Shown here in pieces: positions 18,105-25,773 of a DNA stretch of 25,773 nucleotides. How positions within the stretch are numbered: the first letter of the stretch is position 1; every line of letters starts with the position of its first letter. The DNA comes from Spongiibacteraceae bacterium (lineage in GTDB: Bacteria > Pseudomonadota > Gammaproteobacteria > Pseudomonadales > CAMLJR01): NCBI GenBank assembly GCA_040508685.1, contig JBEVMI010000337.1:1-25773 (forward strand). Direction: 5' to 3'. The notes under the pieces were generated by a model. That model was given only the letters and a program-made list of their open reading frames with translations, ran no database searches and was not told the DNA's origin. The position numbers and the translations under genes are program-made.

Positions 18105-18141
18105 CTGCGAGGCAACACCAACGCAGGCGTCGACTAAACAA

Positions 18142-19425
18142 TCACTGATAACCTTTCGGGAACGGGTTCGGCTCGATCAGATCAGACTCGAAAACCACTT
18201 TCGCCTGACCATCCTTTTGCCATACCGCGATACGCGCCTTGCTCCACAGGTGATGATTTTCGTGGAGTTTCACGTAACCTTCCGGTGCGGTTTTCAGTTC
18301 GAGGCCGGGCGATGCAGCTACCACTTTATCCACATCGAAGCTGCCCGCTTTCTCGACAGCTGCTTTCCACAACCACGGACCGAGATAGCCGGCCTGGGTC
18401 ACGTCGCCGATCACGCTGTCAGCACCGTATTTCGCTTTGAACGCAGCAACGAATGCCTTGTTGTTGGCGTTGTCGAGCGACTCGAAATATTTCATCGAGG
18501 AATACAGGCCTTCAACGTTGGCACCACCGATACCCAGAACTTCGTCCTCGGTTACGGAAATGGTCAACATCGGCTGTTTCTTGAAGGTGAGGCCGGCGGC
18601 ATTCAATTGCTTGAACCACGCCACGTTGGAGCCACCGACCACGGCGCCGAATACGAGATCAGGTTTTTTCAACTTGATCTTGTTGATCAGCGAACTGAAC
18701 TGCGTGCTGCCGAGCGGATAATATTCTTCGCCGACCACAGTGCCTTTCAGAACGTTTTCGATGTGTTTGCGGGCAATCTTCATCGACGTGCGCGGCCAGA
18801 TGTAATCCGAGCCCACCAGATAGAAGGATTTGGCACCGAGCGTTTTGCTGGCCCAGTCGAGACTGGCGAGAATTTGTTGCGTGGCTTCCTGGCCGGTGTA
18901 GAAAACGTTCTTCGACTGTTCGAGACCTTCATAGAACGTCGGATAGTAGAGCAGGCCGTTTTTCTGCTCGAAGATTGGCAGCACCGCTTTGCGTGATGCC
19001 GAGGTCCAGCAGCCGAATACTGCGGCGACTTTATCTTTCTCCAGAAGTTTTTTCGATTTCTCAGCAAAGGTTGGCCAATCGGATGCACCGTCTTCCTGAA
19101 TCACTTCGATTTTGCGACCAAGGATACCGCCCATCGCATTGATTTGATCGATGGCGAGTTTTTCTGCTTCCACGGCACCGGTCTCGCTGATCGCCATGGT
19201 GCCGGTGATCGAATGCAAAATACCGACGGTGACTGTTTTATCGGTGACCGCGAGACCCGTGGTCATTACTTTTGACGTTGGCAAATCGGCAGCAAAAGCT
19301 CCACCTATCGCACCGAATGTCAGCGAAGCGCCCAACATCAGCGCCGACCACAGCGCGCGACGTCGATGCTTTCGTTGAATCGAGTGGCCTTGAGTTGAAA
19401 GGGAATGATTTTTTTCTAAACGCAT
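18142..19425 (-). CDS. urtA: Urea/short-chain amide ABC transporter substrate-binding protein UrtA
   Basis: VGILHSITGTMAISE, EDGASDWPTFAEK, FGCWTSASRKAVLP, YPTFYEGLEQS, LVGSDYIWPRTS. SD GGAGG before ATG 19425; signal peptide present. Confidence 0.93.
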   Translation of the reverse strand: MRLEKNHSLSTQGHSIQRKHRRRALWSALMLGASLTFGAIGGAFAADLPTSKVMTTGLAVTDKTVTVGILHSITGTMAISETGAVEAEKLAIDQINAMGGILGRKIEVIQEDGASDWPTFAEKSKKLLEKDKVAAVFGCWTSASRKAVLPIFEQKNGLLYYPTFYEGLEQSKNVFYTGQEATQQILASLDWASKTLGAKSFYLVGSDYIWPRTSMKIARKHIENVLKGTVVGEEYYPLGSTQFSSLINKIKLKKPDLVFGAVVGGSNVAWFKQLNAAGLTFKKQPMLTISVTEDEVLGIGGANVEGLYSSMKYFESLDNANNKAFVAAFKAKYGADSVIGDVTQAGYLGPWLWKAAVEKAGSFDVDKVVAASPGLELKTAPEGYVKLHENHHLWSKARIAVWQKDGQAKVVFESDLIEPNPFPKGYQ

Positions 19426-19515
19426 TGTTGCTTCCTCCACCAGAGAAACGGCCTTGAGACGAAAATTAAACGTCCATCGCAATAGCAGCGCGTTGATGCG
19501 CTCTGATTCTGTAAG

Positions 19516-19531
19516 AGCAACAGGCGTGCCA
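19516..19531 (-). promoter_or_regulatory. Sigma54 -24/-12 promoter of urtABCDE
   Basis: The minus strand reads TGGCACGCCTGTTGCT, a perfect TGGCACG-N4-TTGCW match, about 90 nt upstream of urtA. Confidence 0.88.
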
Positions 19532-19670
19532 CCAAAAACGGGGCGCGTCAGAAAAGCAAAAATAAGAAAGGAAGCCGCTAAATCCGCAGGCGGCGCTGAA
19601 AATTTGATCTACTTTTGAGTGGCCGCAAATATTTAACAAATGCGAATAAAACATCTGCAGGTCGACGAGT

Positions 19671-19747
19671 TTGTCATTGGCACGGCATTGTCATTTGACA
19701 AAGGTGACATTGTTAAACGCCGGCCCCGCCAATTGTCATGTGCGACC
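19671..19747. promoter_or_regulatory. Putative upstream activator sequences (TGTCA/TGACA cluster)
   Basis: TGTCA at 19672, 19689 and 19734, TGACA at 19696 and 19705, including the dyad TTGTCATTTGACAA (19688-19701). The cluster lies between the two divergent sigma54 promoters. Confidence 0.55.
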
Positions 19748-19816
19748 TCCTCGCAAAGTTGTGCCTTCTTTATTAACGCAGCGCCATTACTGAAAATATT
19801 CCGCAAATATTCGCGC

Positions 19817-19832
19817 TGGCACACTCCGTGCT
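19817..19832 (+). promoter_or_regulatory. Sigma54 -24/-12 promoter of the fmdA operon
   Basis: TGGCACACTCCGTGCT: GG at 19818-19, 10 nt, GC at 19830-31; about 50 nt upstream of fmdA. Confidence 0.75.
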
Positions 19833-19883
19833 CTTCTCCCCGACATAAACATCCCATTGACCGCTGTCGCGAGGAACATGGAA

Positions 19884-21119
19884 ATGACGGAAACGCTAAT
19901 CAAAGTTGATCTGAAGAAACCGGCTACCGAGCAACCCTGCATCCACAACCGCTGGCATCCGGATATTCCGATGGTGGCGTGGGTGAAGCCGGGTGCGGAT
20001 TTTGTCGTCGAATGTGTGGACTGGACCGGCGGCCAGATCGGCTACAACGATTCCGCGGATGACGTGCGCGACGTCGACCTGACCAAGGTGCATTATCTTT
20101 CCGGTCCGATTGGTGTCGAAGGTGCCGAGCCCGGCGACCTGCTGGTGGTCGACATCATGGATATCGGCACGCTACCGACTTCCGAATGGGGTTTCACCGG
20201 TTTATTCGCGAAGGAAAATGGCGGTGGTTTTCTCACCGAACATTTTCCCGATGCCCACAAGGCGGTGTGGGATTTGAAGGGGATCTACGCCACTTCGCCA
20301 CAAATTCCGAACTGCAGTTTTGCCGGCATCATGCATCCGGGGCTGATCGGTTGCCTGCCGTCGAAAGCGTTGCTCGATACCTGGAACAAACGCGAAGCCG
20401 CATTGATTGCGACCGATCCCAACCGCGTGCCGCCGCTGGCCGCACCGCCGTGCGCCGACACCGCGCACATGGGTGCGATGAAACCGGAAGCCGCGAAAAT
20501 TGCGGCGCTGGAAGGTGCGCGCACCGTGCCGCCGCGCGAACACGGTGGCAACTGCGACATCAAGGATCTGACGCGCGGCTCCAAGGTATATTTCCCGGTG
20601 TATGTGAATGGCGGCGGCCTGTCGATGGGCGACCTGCACTTCTCGCAGGGCGACGGTGAAATCACTTTCTGCGGCGCCATCGAAATGGCCGGCTGGATTC
20701 ACATCAAGGTCGACATCATCAAAGGTGGGGTCGCCAAATACGGTGTGAAGAATCCAATTTTCAAACCAAGCTCACTCAAGCCCAATTATCAAAACTATCT
20801 GATCTTCGAGGGCATCTCGGTCGACGAATCCGGCAAGCAGTATTACCTCGACGTGCATGTGGCCTATCGCCAGGCCTGTCTCAACGCCATCGAATACATG
20901 AAAAAATTCGGTTACAGCGGTGCGCAGGCGTACACCATTCTCGGCACCGCGCCGGTGCAGGGACATATCAGCGGCATCGTCGATATTCCGAATGCGTGCG
21001 CGACGTTGATGCTGCCGACTGAAATTTTCGATTTCGACATGATGCCGAACAAGGATGGCCCTATCAAACACGTCACCGGCGGTATCGATATTCCGGTTTC
21101 TTACTGGAAGGACAAATAG
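19884..21119 (+). CDS. fmdA: Formamidase (acetamidase/formamidase family)
   Basis: HNRWHPDIP, VHYLSGPIGVEGAEPGDLL, PPREHGGNCDIK, GDLHFSQGDGEITFCGAIEM, VDIPNACATL. SD GAGGA 8 nt before ATG 19884. Confidence 0.93.
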   Translation: MTETLIKVDLKKPATEQPCIHNRWHPDIPMVAWVKPGADFVVECVDWTGGQIGYNDSADDVRDVDLTKVHYLSGPIGVEGAEPGDLLVVDIMDIGTLPTSEWGFTGLFAKENGGGFLTEHFPDAHKAVWDLKGIYATSPQIPNCSFAGIMHPGLIGCLPSKALLDTWNKREAALIATDPNRVPPLAAPPCADTAHMGAMKPEAAKIAALEGARTVPPREHGGNCDIKDLTRGSKVYFPVYVNGGGLSMGDLHFSQGDGEITFCGAIEMAGWIHIKVDIIKGGVAKYGVKNPIFKPSSLKPNYQNYLIFEGISVDESGKQYYLDVHVAYRQACLNAIEYMKKFGYSGAQAYTILGTAPVQGHISGIVDIPNACATLMLPTEIFDFDMMPNKDGPIKHVTGGIDIPVSYWKDK

Positions 21120-21151
21120 TTTTTTTGGGGAAAAGCTCGTTACGAGTGTTC

Positions 21152-21194
21152 GCAGGCCGATTGACAAGGCAGCGTTGATCGGCCTGCATTTTTT
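21152..21194 (+). terminator. Intrinsic terminator-like hairpin between fmdA and fmdB
   Basis: 10-bp perfect stem GCAGGCCGAT/ATCGGCCTGC, extendable with G-U pairs, followed by ATTTTTT. Confidence 0.55.
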
Positions 21195-21235
21195 ATCCCA
21201 AATCTATTTCAGTGATTTCATAGGAGGATTCCGTC

Positions 21236-21559
21236 ATGCCGGTCTATGACTTTCGCTGCAGCGAATGCAGCGGTGAATTCAGCGAATTGCGACCAATGGC
21301 ACGCAGTGGCGAACCGTCGACGTGCCCCGACTGTGAGGGTTACGCACCGCGTCTGATCAGTGCGCCCCGGCTGGCGGTACTGACAACGACACAGCGCAAG
21401 GCGCATCAGGTCAACGAACGCAGCGCGCATGAGCCGCGCGCGATGAAGAAACATGTCTGCAGTTCCGGCTGCTCGCACGGGCCTGCGAAAGGCGAGGAAA
21501 CGAAGACTGGATTACGACAATCCAAATCCACCAGCCGTCCCTGGATGATCGGACATTAA
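21236..21559 (+). CDS. fmdB: FmdB-family zinc-ribbon protein
   Basis: MPVYDFRCSEC...TCPDC...RLISAP, AHQVNERSAHEP, HVCSSGCSH. Lies downstream of fmdA; SD AGGAGG. Confidence 0.88.
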   Translation: MPVYDFRCSECSGEFSELRPMARSGEPSTCPDCEGYAPRLISAPRLAVLTTTQRKAHQVNERSAHEPRAMKKHVCSSGCSHGPAKGEETKTGLRQSKSTSRPWMIGH

Positions 21560-21562
21560 TAT

Positions 21563-21674
21563 CTCCCCCTGCGAAGTAGGGGGAGTGCCCGCAGGGCGAG
21601 GGGGTCAGGTGTGATGAGCTTGATGACCCCTCCGTCTCGCTATCGCGAGCCACCTCCCCTACTTCGCAGGGGAG
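21563..21674. repeat. Palindromic double-hairpin intergenic element (REP/RIME-like)
   Basis: Left arm CTCCCCCTGCGAAGTAGGGGGAG (21563-85) and right arm CTCCCCTACTTCGCAGGGGAG (21654-74) are each hairpins and are near-perfect reverse complements. Internal GAGGGGGTCA/TGACCCCTC pair. Confidence 0.8.
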
Positions 21675-21699
21675 GCAAAACCAACGAGAGAACGCGATC

Positions 21700-22737
21700 A
21701 TGATGCATGGCGATATTTCCAGTAGCAAAGACACCGTCGGCGTCGCCGTCGTCAACTACAAAATGCCGCGACTGCACACCAAGGCCGAGGTGCTCGACAA
21801 CGCGCGCAAAATCGCCGATATGCTGATCGGCATGAAAAGCGGTTTGCCCGGCATGGATCTGGTGATCTTTCCGGAATACAGCACGCACGGCATCATGTAC
21901 GACGCCAAGGAGATGTACGACACCGCGGCGGCCGTACCCGGTGAGGAAACCGAAATTTTCGCGGCCGCGTGCCGCAAAGCCAAAGTGTGGGGCGTATTTT
22001 CGCTGACCGGCGAACGCCACGAAGAACATCCCAACAAGGCGCCCTACAACACGCTGATCCTGATGAACGATCAGGGTGAGATCGTACAGAAATACCGCAA
22101 GATCATGCCGTGGGTGCCGATCGAAGGCTGGTATCCGGGCAACTGCACTTATGTATCCGACGGTCCGAAAGGCCTGAAAATCAGCCTGATTATTTGCGAC
22201 GACGGCAACTACCCGGAAATCTGGCGCGACTGTGCCATGAAAGGCGCAGAGCTGATCGTGCGCTGTCAGGGTTATATGTATCCGGCAAAAGATCAGCAGG
22301 TGTTGATGGCGAAGGCGATGGCCTGGGCCAATAACAGTTATGTCGCAGTCGCCAACGCCGCGGGTTTTGATGGCGTCTATTCGTATTTTGGCCACTCGGC
22401 GATTATCGGATTCGATGGCCGCACGCTCGGCGAATGTGGTGAAGAAGATTACGGCATTCAATACGCCGCGTTATCGAAATCGTTGATTCGCGACGCGCGC
22501 AAAAACATGCAGTCGGAAAATCATTTATTCAAACTGCTGCACCGCGGTTACACCGGCATGATCAATTCGGGCGACGACGTGCGCGGTGTCGCGGCGTGCC
22601 CGTACGATTTTTATCGCAGCTGGATCGAAGACCCGGAAGGCACCCGCGCCAAAGTCGAAGCCATGACGCGGTCGAGTGTCGGCACCGATGAATGCCCGAT
22701 CGAGGGAATACCGACCGAGGCGCCCGCTCATCGTTGA
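21700..22737 (+). CDS. amiE: Aliphatic amidase (nitrilase superfamily)
   Basis: [25 protein letters not shown]. Catalytic triad in FPEYS, YRKIMPW and ICDDGNYPE. Closely resembles Pseudomonas AmiE. Confidence 0.95.
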   Translation: MMHGDISSSKDTVGVAVVNYKMPRLHTKAEVLDNARKIADMLIGMKSGLPGMDLVIFPEYSTHGIMYDAKEMYDTAAAVPGEETEIFAAACRKAKVWGVFSLTGERHEEHPNKAPYNTLILMNDQGEIVQKYRKIMPWVPIEGWYPGNCTYVSDGPKGLKISLIICDDGNYPEIWRDCAMKGAELIVRCQGYMYPAKDQQVLMAKAMAWANNSYVAVANAAGFDGVYSYFGHSAIIGFDGRTLGECGEEDYGIQYAALSKSLIRDARKNMQSENHLFKLLHRGYTGMINSGDDVRGVAACPYDFYRSWIEDPEGTRAKVEAMTRSSVGTDECPIEGIPTEAPAHR

Positions 22738-22756
22738 GCGGGCGAGGGGGGATTTG

Positions 22757-23557
22757 GTGAATTCTCTCAGTGAATACCTGATCGCCGACGAGCCGCACTA
22801 CTATGCCACCGGCAGCGAGATTGCCGTCTTCGAACAGGCCCATCGCGAAAAATTGCCATTGATGTTGAAAGGCCCGACCGGCTGCGGCAAAACGCGGTTT
22901 GTCGAATACATGGCGTGGCGCTTGCAGCGACCGCTGATTACGATTGCGTGTCACGAAGACATGACCGCGGCCGATCTGGTCGGTCGCCATTTGCTAAACA
23001 ACGACGGTACGCACTGGCAGGACGGCCCGCTGACGCGTGCAACACGAGCCGGTGCGATTTGTTATCTCGATGAAATCGTCGAGGCACATCAGGATACGGT
23101 GGTGGTCATTCATCCGCTGACCGATGCGCGGCGTCTGTTACCGCTTGAACGCAATAATGAACTGGTGCATGCGCATCCCGATTTTCAGTTGGTGGTTTCC
23201 TACAATCCCGGTTATCAGCATTTCGCCAAACAACTGAAGGAATCAACCAAACAGCGTTTTGTCGCGCTCGATTTTCAATGGCCGGAACCGGCGGTGGAAG
23301 CGCAGATCATCGTCGCTGAGGCCGACGTTGATAACCATCTGGCGGAAACCCTGGTCACCCTCGCCGCGCATTCCCGCAATCTGGTGGGCAAGGGGCTCGC
23401 CGAAGGTTTTTCGACGCGCATGCTGATTCACGCCGCGCGGCTCGCACGCAATGGCCTCGGTTTGCGCGATGCCTGTTTGTCGGCGCTGATTTTGCCGATA
23501 ACCGATGACGTTACCTTGCGCGCCACGCTGCTGCAGCTGTTTGAAACCTGTCGCTGA
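22757..23557 (+). CDS. CbbQ/NirQ/NorQ-family MoxR-type AAA+ ATPase
   Basis: EPHY, LMLKGPTGCGKTRFVEYMAW, EDMTAADLVGR, DGPLT, CYLDEIVEA, HPLTD.RR, SYNPGYQ, STKQRF, STRML. GTG 22757 follows a G-rich SD. Confidence 0.92.
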   Translation: MNSLSEYLIADEPHYYATGSEIAVFEQAHREKLPLMLKGPTGCGKTRFVEYMAWRLQRPLITIACHEDMTAADLVGRHLLNNDGTHWQDGPLTRATRAGAICYLDEIVEAHQDTVVVIHPLTDARRLLPLERNNELVHAHPDFQLVVSYNPGYQHFAKQLKESTKQRFVALDFQWPEPAVEAQIIVAEADVDNHLAETLVTLAAHSRNLVGKGLAEGFSTRMLIHAARLARNGLGLRDACLSALILPITDDVTLRATLLQLFETCR

Positions 23558-25176
23558 TGAACGCCGAGACCGACCAAATCCAGCGCAGCGCGGAGCTCTG
23601 GTTTGCGGCATGGTTAGGTGAACGCGCGTCGTGTCAGTGGATCGATTGCCAAACGCCCGCGTCTGCCCGCGCATCGTTCGCGCAGAATAAATTCCGGTTG
23701 CCGCGCCATAATCCGGCGCATCACCGCGCCAGTGTCGCGCACTTTTATGCGCACGCACGATTCGGCGGTGCACCGTTCGCGGTCGGAAAATTTCGACCGA
23801 TTCAAATCGTACTGACTTCCCTTTTCGAGGATGCCCGCGTCGAGCAGCTCGTGTTGCGCGAACGACCGGGGTTGCGCCGTTTATGGGCGCCCTATATCGA
23901 CGCCCTCCATCTCCAGACGCGGACGAAGGAGAGCGACGATGTTGCGGCGCTGTTGCGTCGGCTGGCGGTAGCATTGTTCGATCCCGCCTGGCCGAACAAC
24001 AATCCGTGGGTCAATAAAGCGCGCCGACTTTTTTATGCGCGCGAATCGGAATGGCAGAATCCGGCGTTGAGTCGCGAGCTGGGCAATCTGCTCGGCAACG
24101 ACCTCGGCCAGATGCGGCTGCAATTCAACTGGAAAAGTTATGTCGTCGAACCCGCGTATCGCGACGATCATCGCGGCCTGTGGATTGACGACGACGAGCC
24201 ACCGCCGCTGGAAGAACAACAAGCCGGCATATGTCCCGACCGCGAGGCCACGCGCATTGCCGCGGCACCGATCGCGGGCGACACGTCGGCACGGCGCAGC
24301 GAAATCGGTGACTGGTTGATCGCCGGTGCAGCGCCGGTCCTCGCGCCGGCAACCTTGCCGGAGTGGGACTATGCCCGCCAGTTCTATCGCGCTGCGTGGG
24401 TCAGTGTGCGCGAGCAGGAGCCACCGCGGGAAGCGCCACCAGAGGCTGTCGCGCGACTGCTGGAAATGTCCGACGCGGCGCTACCGTCATATCGTGCGCG
24501 ACAACACGCTGCGAATAGGCGTCGCCATCGGCGCGGGCACGACGGCGATTCGCTCGACCTGGATGCCTGCATTCGCAATATCGCTGATCGTCGTCTCGGC
24601 CAGCATGCGGACATGCGAATTTATCGGCGCTTGATCGAGCAGGAGCAGCCGGGGTCGCTGCTGATTTTAATTGATACTTCGCTGTCGATGGGCGCGCCAC
24701 CGGCGCTAGCCACCATGGCCGACGCGACAGTGCGCGCCGATCCATCTGCACTGGACCATGCAAAAGTCGCCACGTTGCAGATGGTCGAACACACCACACG
24801 CAGCGGCAATCGTTGCGCCATCTATGGCTTTTGTTCGGACGGCCGGCACGCATTGCACATGGCGCCGGTCAAAAATTTTTCCGACAATTATTCGAGTTGG
24901 AAAATTCTTACGCGACTCGCCGGCCTCAGCGCAGCCTATTCCACACGTCTTGGCGGCGCGCTGCGTTACGCCAGAAAATTACTTGCTGATGAGCCCGCGG
25001 CTGCGCACGAAATTTTTGTGTTCACCGATGGTGAAGCCAGCGACATTGATACGGTTGATCCACGTTATTTGCGCGAGGATGCATGCCAGGCCGTGCACGA
25101 ACTACAGCGTGCGGGAATCGAAGTTGAGTTCATTAATGCCAGTGCCCCTGCGGGAATAAAATCGATAAAAATTTGA
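23557..25176 (+). CDS. CbbO/NorD-like von Willebrand factor A (MIDAS) adaptor protein
   Basis: FEDARVE, YRDD..LW, PEWDY, GDSLDLDA, MIDAS DTSLS...STRLG...TDG. TGATG overlap with the ATPase gene. Confidence 0.85.
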   Translation: MNAETDQIQRSAELWFAAWLGERASCQWIDCQTPASARASFAQNKFRLPRHNPAHHRASVAHFYAHARFGGAPFAVGKFRPIQIVLTSLFEDARVEQLVLRERPGLRRLWAPYIDALHLQTRTKESDDVAALLRRLAVALFDPAWPNNNPWVNKARRLFYARESEWQNPALSRELGNLLGNDLGQMRLQFNWKSYVVEPAYRDDHRGLWIDDDEPPPLEEQQAGICPDREATRIAAAPIAGDTSARRSEIGDWLIAGAAPVLAPATLPEWDYARQFYRAAWVSVREQEPPREAPPEAVARLLEMSDAALPSYRARQHAANRRRHRRGHDGDSLDLDACIRNIADRRLGQHADMRIYRRLIEQEQPGSLLILIDTSLSMGAPPALATMADATVRADPSALDHAKVATLQMVEHTTRSGNRCAIYGFCSDGRHALHMAPVKNFSDNYSSWKILTRLAGLSAAYSTRLGGALRYARKLLADEPAAAHEIFVFTDGEASDIDTVDPRYLREDACQAVHELQRAGIEVEFINASAPAGIKSIKI

Positions 25177-25355
25177 ATGCTGAAAAATCGAGCAATAATG
25201 CGGCCCCGCGCAAGGCGGTTATTTGATAAACAATTCCTTGAATACATTCAGTTTTCGTTAATCCGCGCAATGCAATTGTGAACCCGACGAAAAACGATGT
25301 GTCGATACAGGCACGCGATAGCGCATCAAAGCGCAGCAAAAGCGGGAGAATCAAA

Positions 25356-25694
25356 ATGATGTCGATCAAAACAACCATCGCTCTGAAAACCTTTGGCGCT
25401 AGCGCCATCGCCGCACTGTTGTTATCGGCGCCGCTCGCCGGCACAGCCGCTGAAGCGGTCGCTCAATCGTCCACTCCATCTTCCAAACCCACCATTGCGG
25501 GCACTGCTTCCTGTAACTCGGTCATGAATAAAACCAAGGAATTCCGTGACGCGCCGAAAGAACAGATTGAAGGGATCTGCAAAACCAATCGCAACTCACC
25601 GGCCTACTGGTCCTGCATGAATACCCGCATCGACAAAGGCCAGGGTTTTGCGGACGCCGGTATGCGTTGCAACAAAATCACCGCCAGTCGTTGA
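25356..25694 (+). CDS. Small secreted hypothetical protein with four cysteines
   Basis: SD GGGAGA before ATG 25356, signal-peptide-like N-terminus (KTTIALKTFGASAIAALLLSAPLAG), Ser/Thr/Pro linker, then four Cys. No family recognised. Confidence 0.65.
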   Translation: MMSIKTTIALKTFGASAIAALLLSAPLAGTAAEAVAQSSTPSSKPTIAGTASCNSVMNKTKEFRDAPKEQIEGICKTNRNSPAYWSCMNTRIDKGQGFADAGMRCNKITASR

Positions 25695-25773
25695 TGCGTG
25701 GGGCCTACCGGCCCGCATTACGGTAATCATGGATACGGTAACTATCGATACTGCAATCATCAAAACCCCAGAC

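Noticed and set aside
14860-18996. Long plus-strand ORFs (14860-15645, 16799-17716, 18076-18996)
   Set aside because: Antisense shadows of the urt genes.
19340-19425. Tat signal in UrtA (HRRRALW)
   Set aside because: Only a loose match to S/T-R-R-x-F-L-K; it cannot be distinguished from a basic Sec n-region.
19678-19693. TGGCACGGCATTGTC as a further sigma54 promoter
   Set aside because: No GC at the required 10-nt spacing; it is better explained as part of the TGTCA cluster.
22757-25176. Calling the pair cbbQO or norQD and inferring carbon fixation or denitrification
   Set aside because: No Rubisco or nor structural genes are in the window; family membership alone does not identify the client.
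25309-25325. AGGCACGCGATAGC as a sigma54 promoter for the secreted protein
   Set aside because: The GG-to-GC spacing is 9 nt, not 10.

Overview
Chromosomal window from a GC-rich Gammaproteobacterium (inferred from gene content). No IS, phage, CRISPR, rRNA or tRNA is evident. From left to right it holds: the 5' end of sufB, divergent from an Rrf2/SUF-type regulator; a Cys-motif membrane-anchored protein followed by a 6-TM His-rich chemoreceptor; hexR; a PaaG-like crotonase; uvrD; a three-gene operon (lipoprotein aspartic protease, inactive transglutaminase-7TM protein, ATP-grasp ligase); a GST; and a PTPS-III-type COG0720 enzyme. A 13-kb amide-nitrogen cluster follows: a NifA-like GAF sigma54 activator, urtABCDE, fmdA, fmdB, amiE, and a CbbQ/CbbO-like (NorQ/NorD-like) AAA+/vWA pair, with no Rubisco, NO reductase or urease gene in the window. 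The window ends with a small secreted 4-Cys protein. Three -24/-12 sigma54 promoters, a TGTCA enhancer-like cluster, an IscR-type box over the sufB promoter, two copies of a covarying structured repeat and one double-hairpin palindromic element can be read directly from the sequence. The best candidates for an undescribed system are the amidase-linked CbbQO-type chaperone module within a sigma54 amide regulon, and the HtrVIII-like chemoreceptor with its Cys-motif partner. Family names come from motif recognition and recall, not from database searches.
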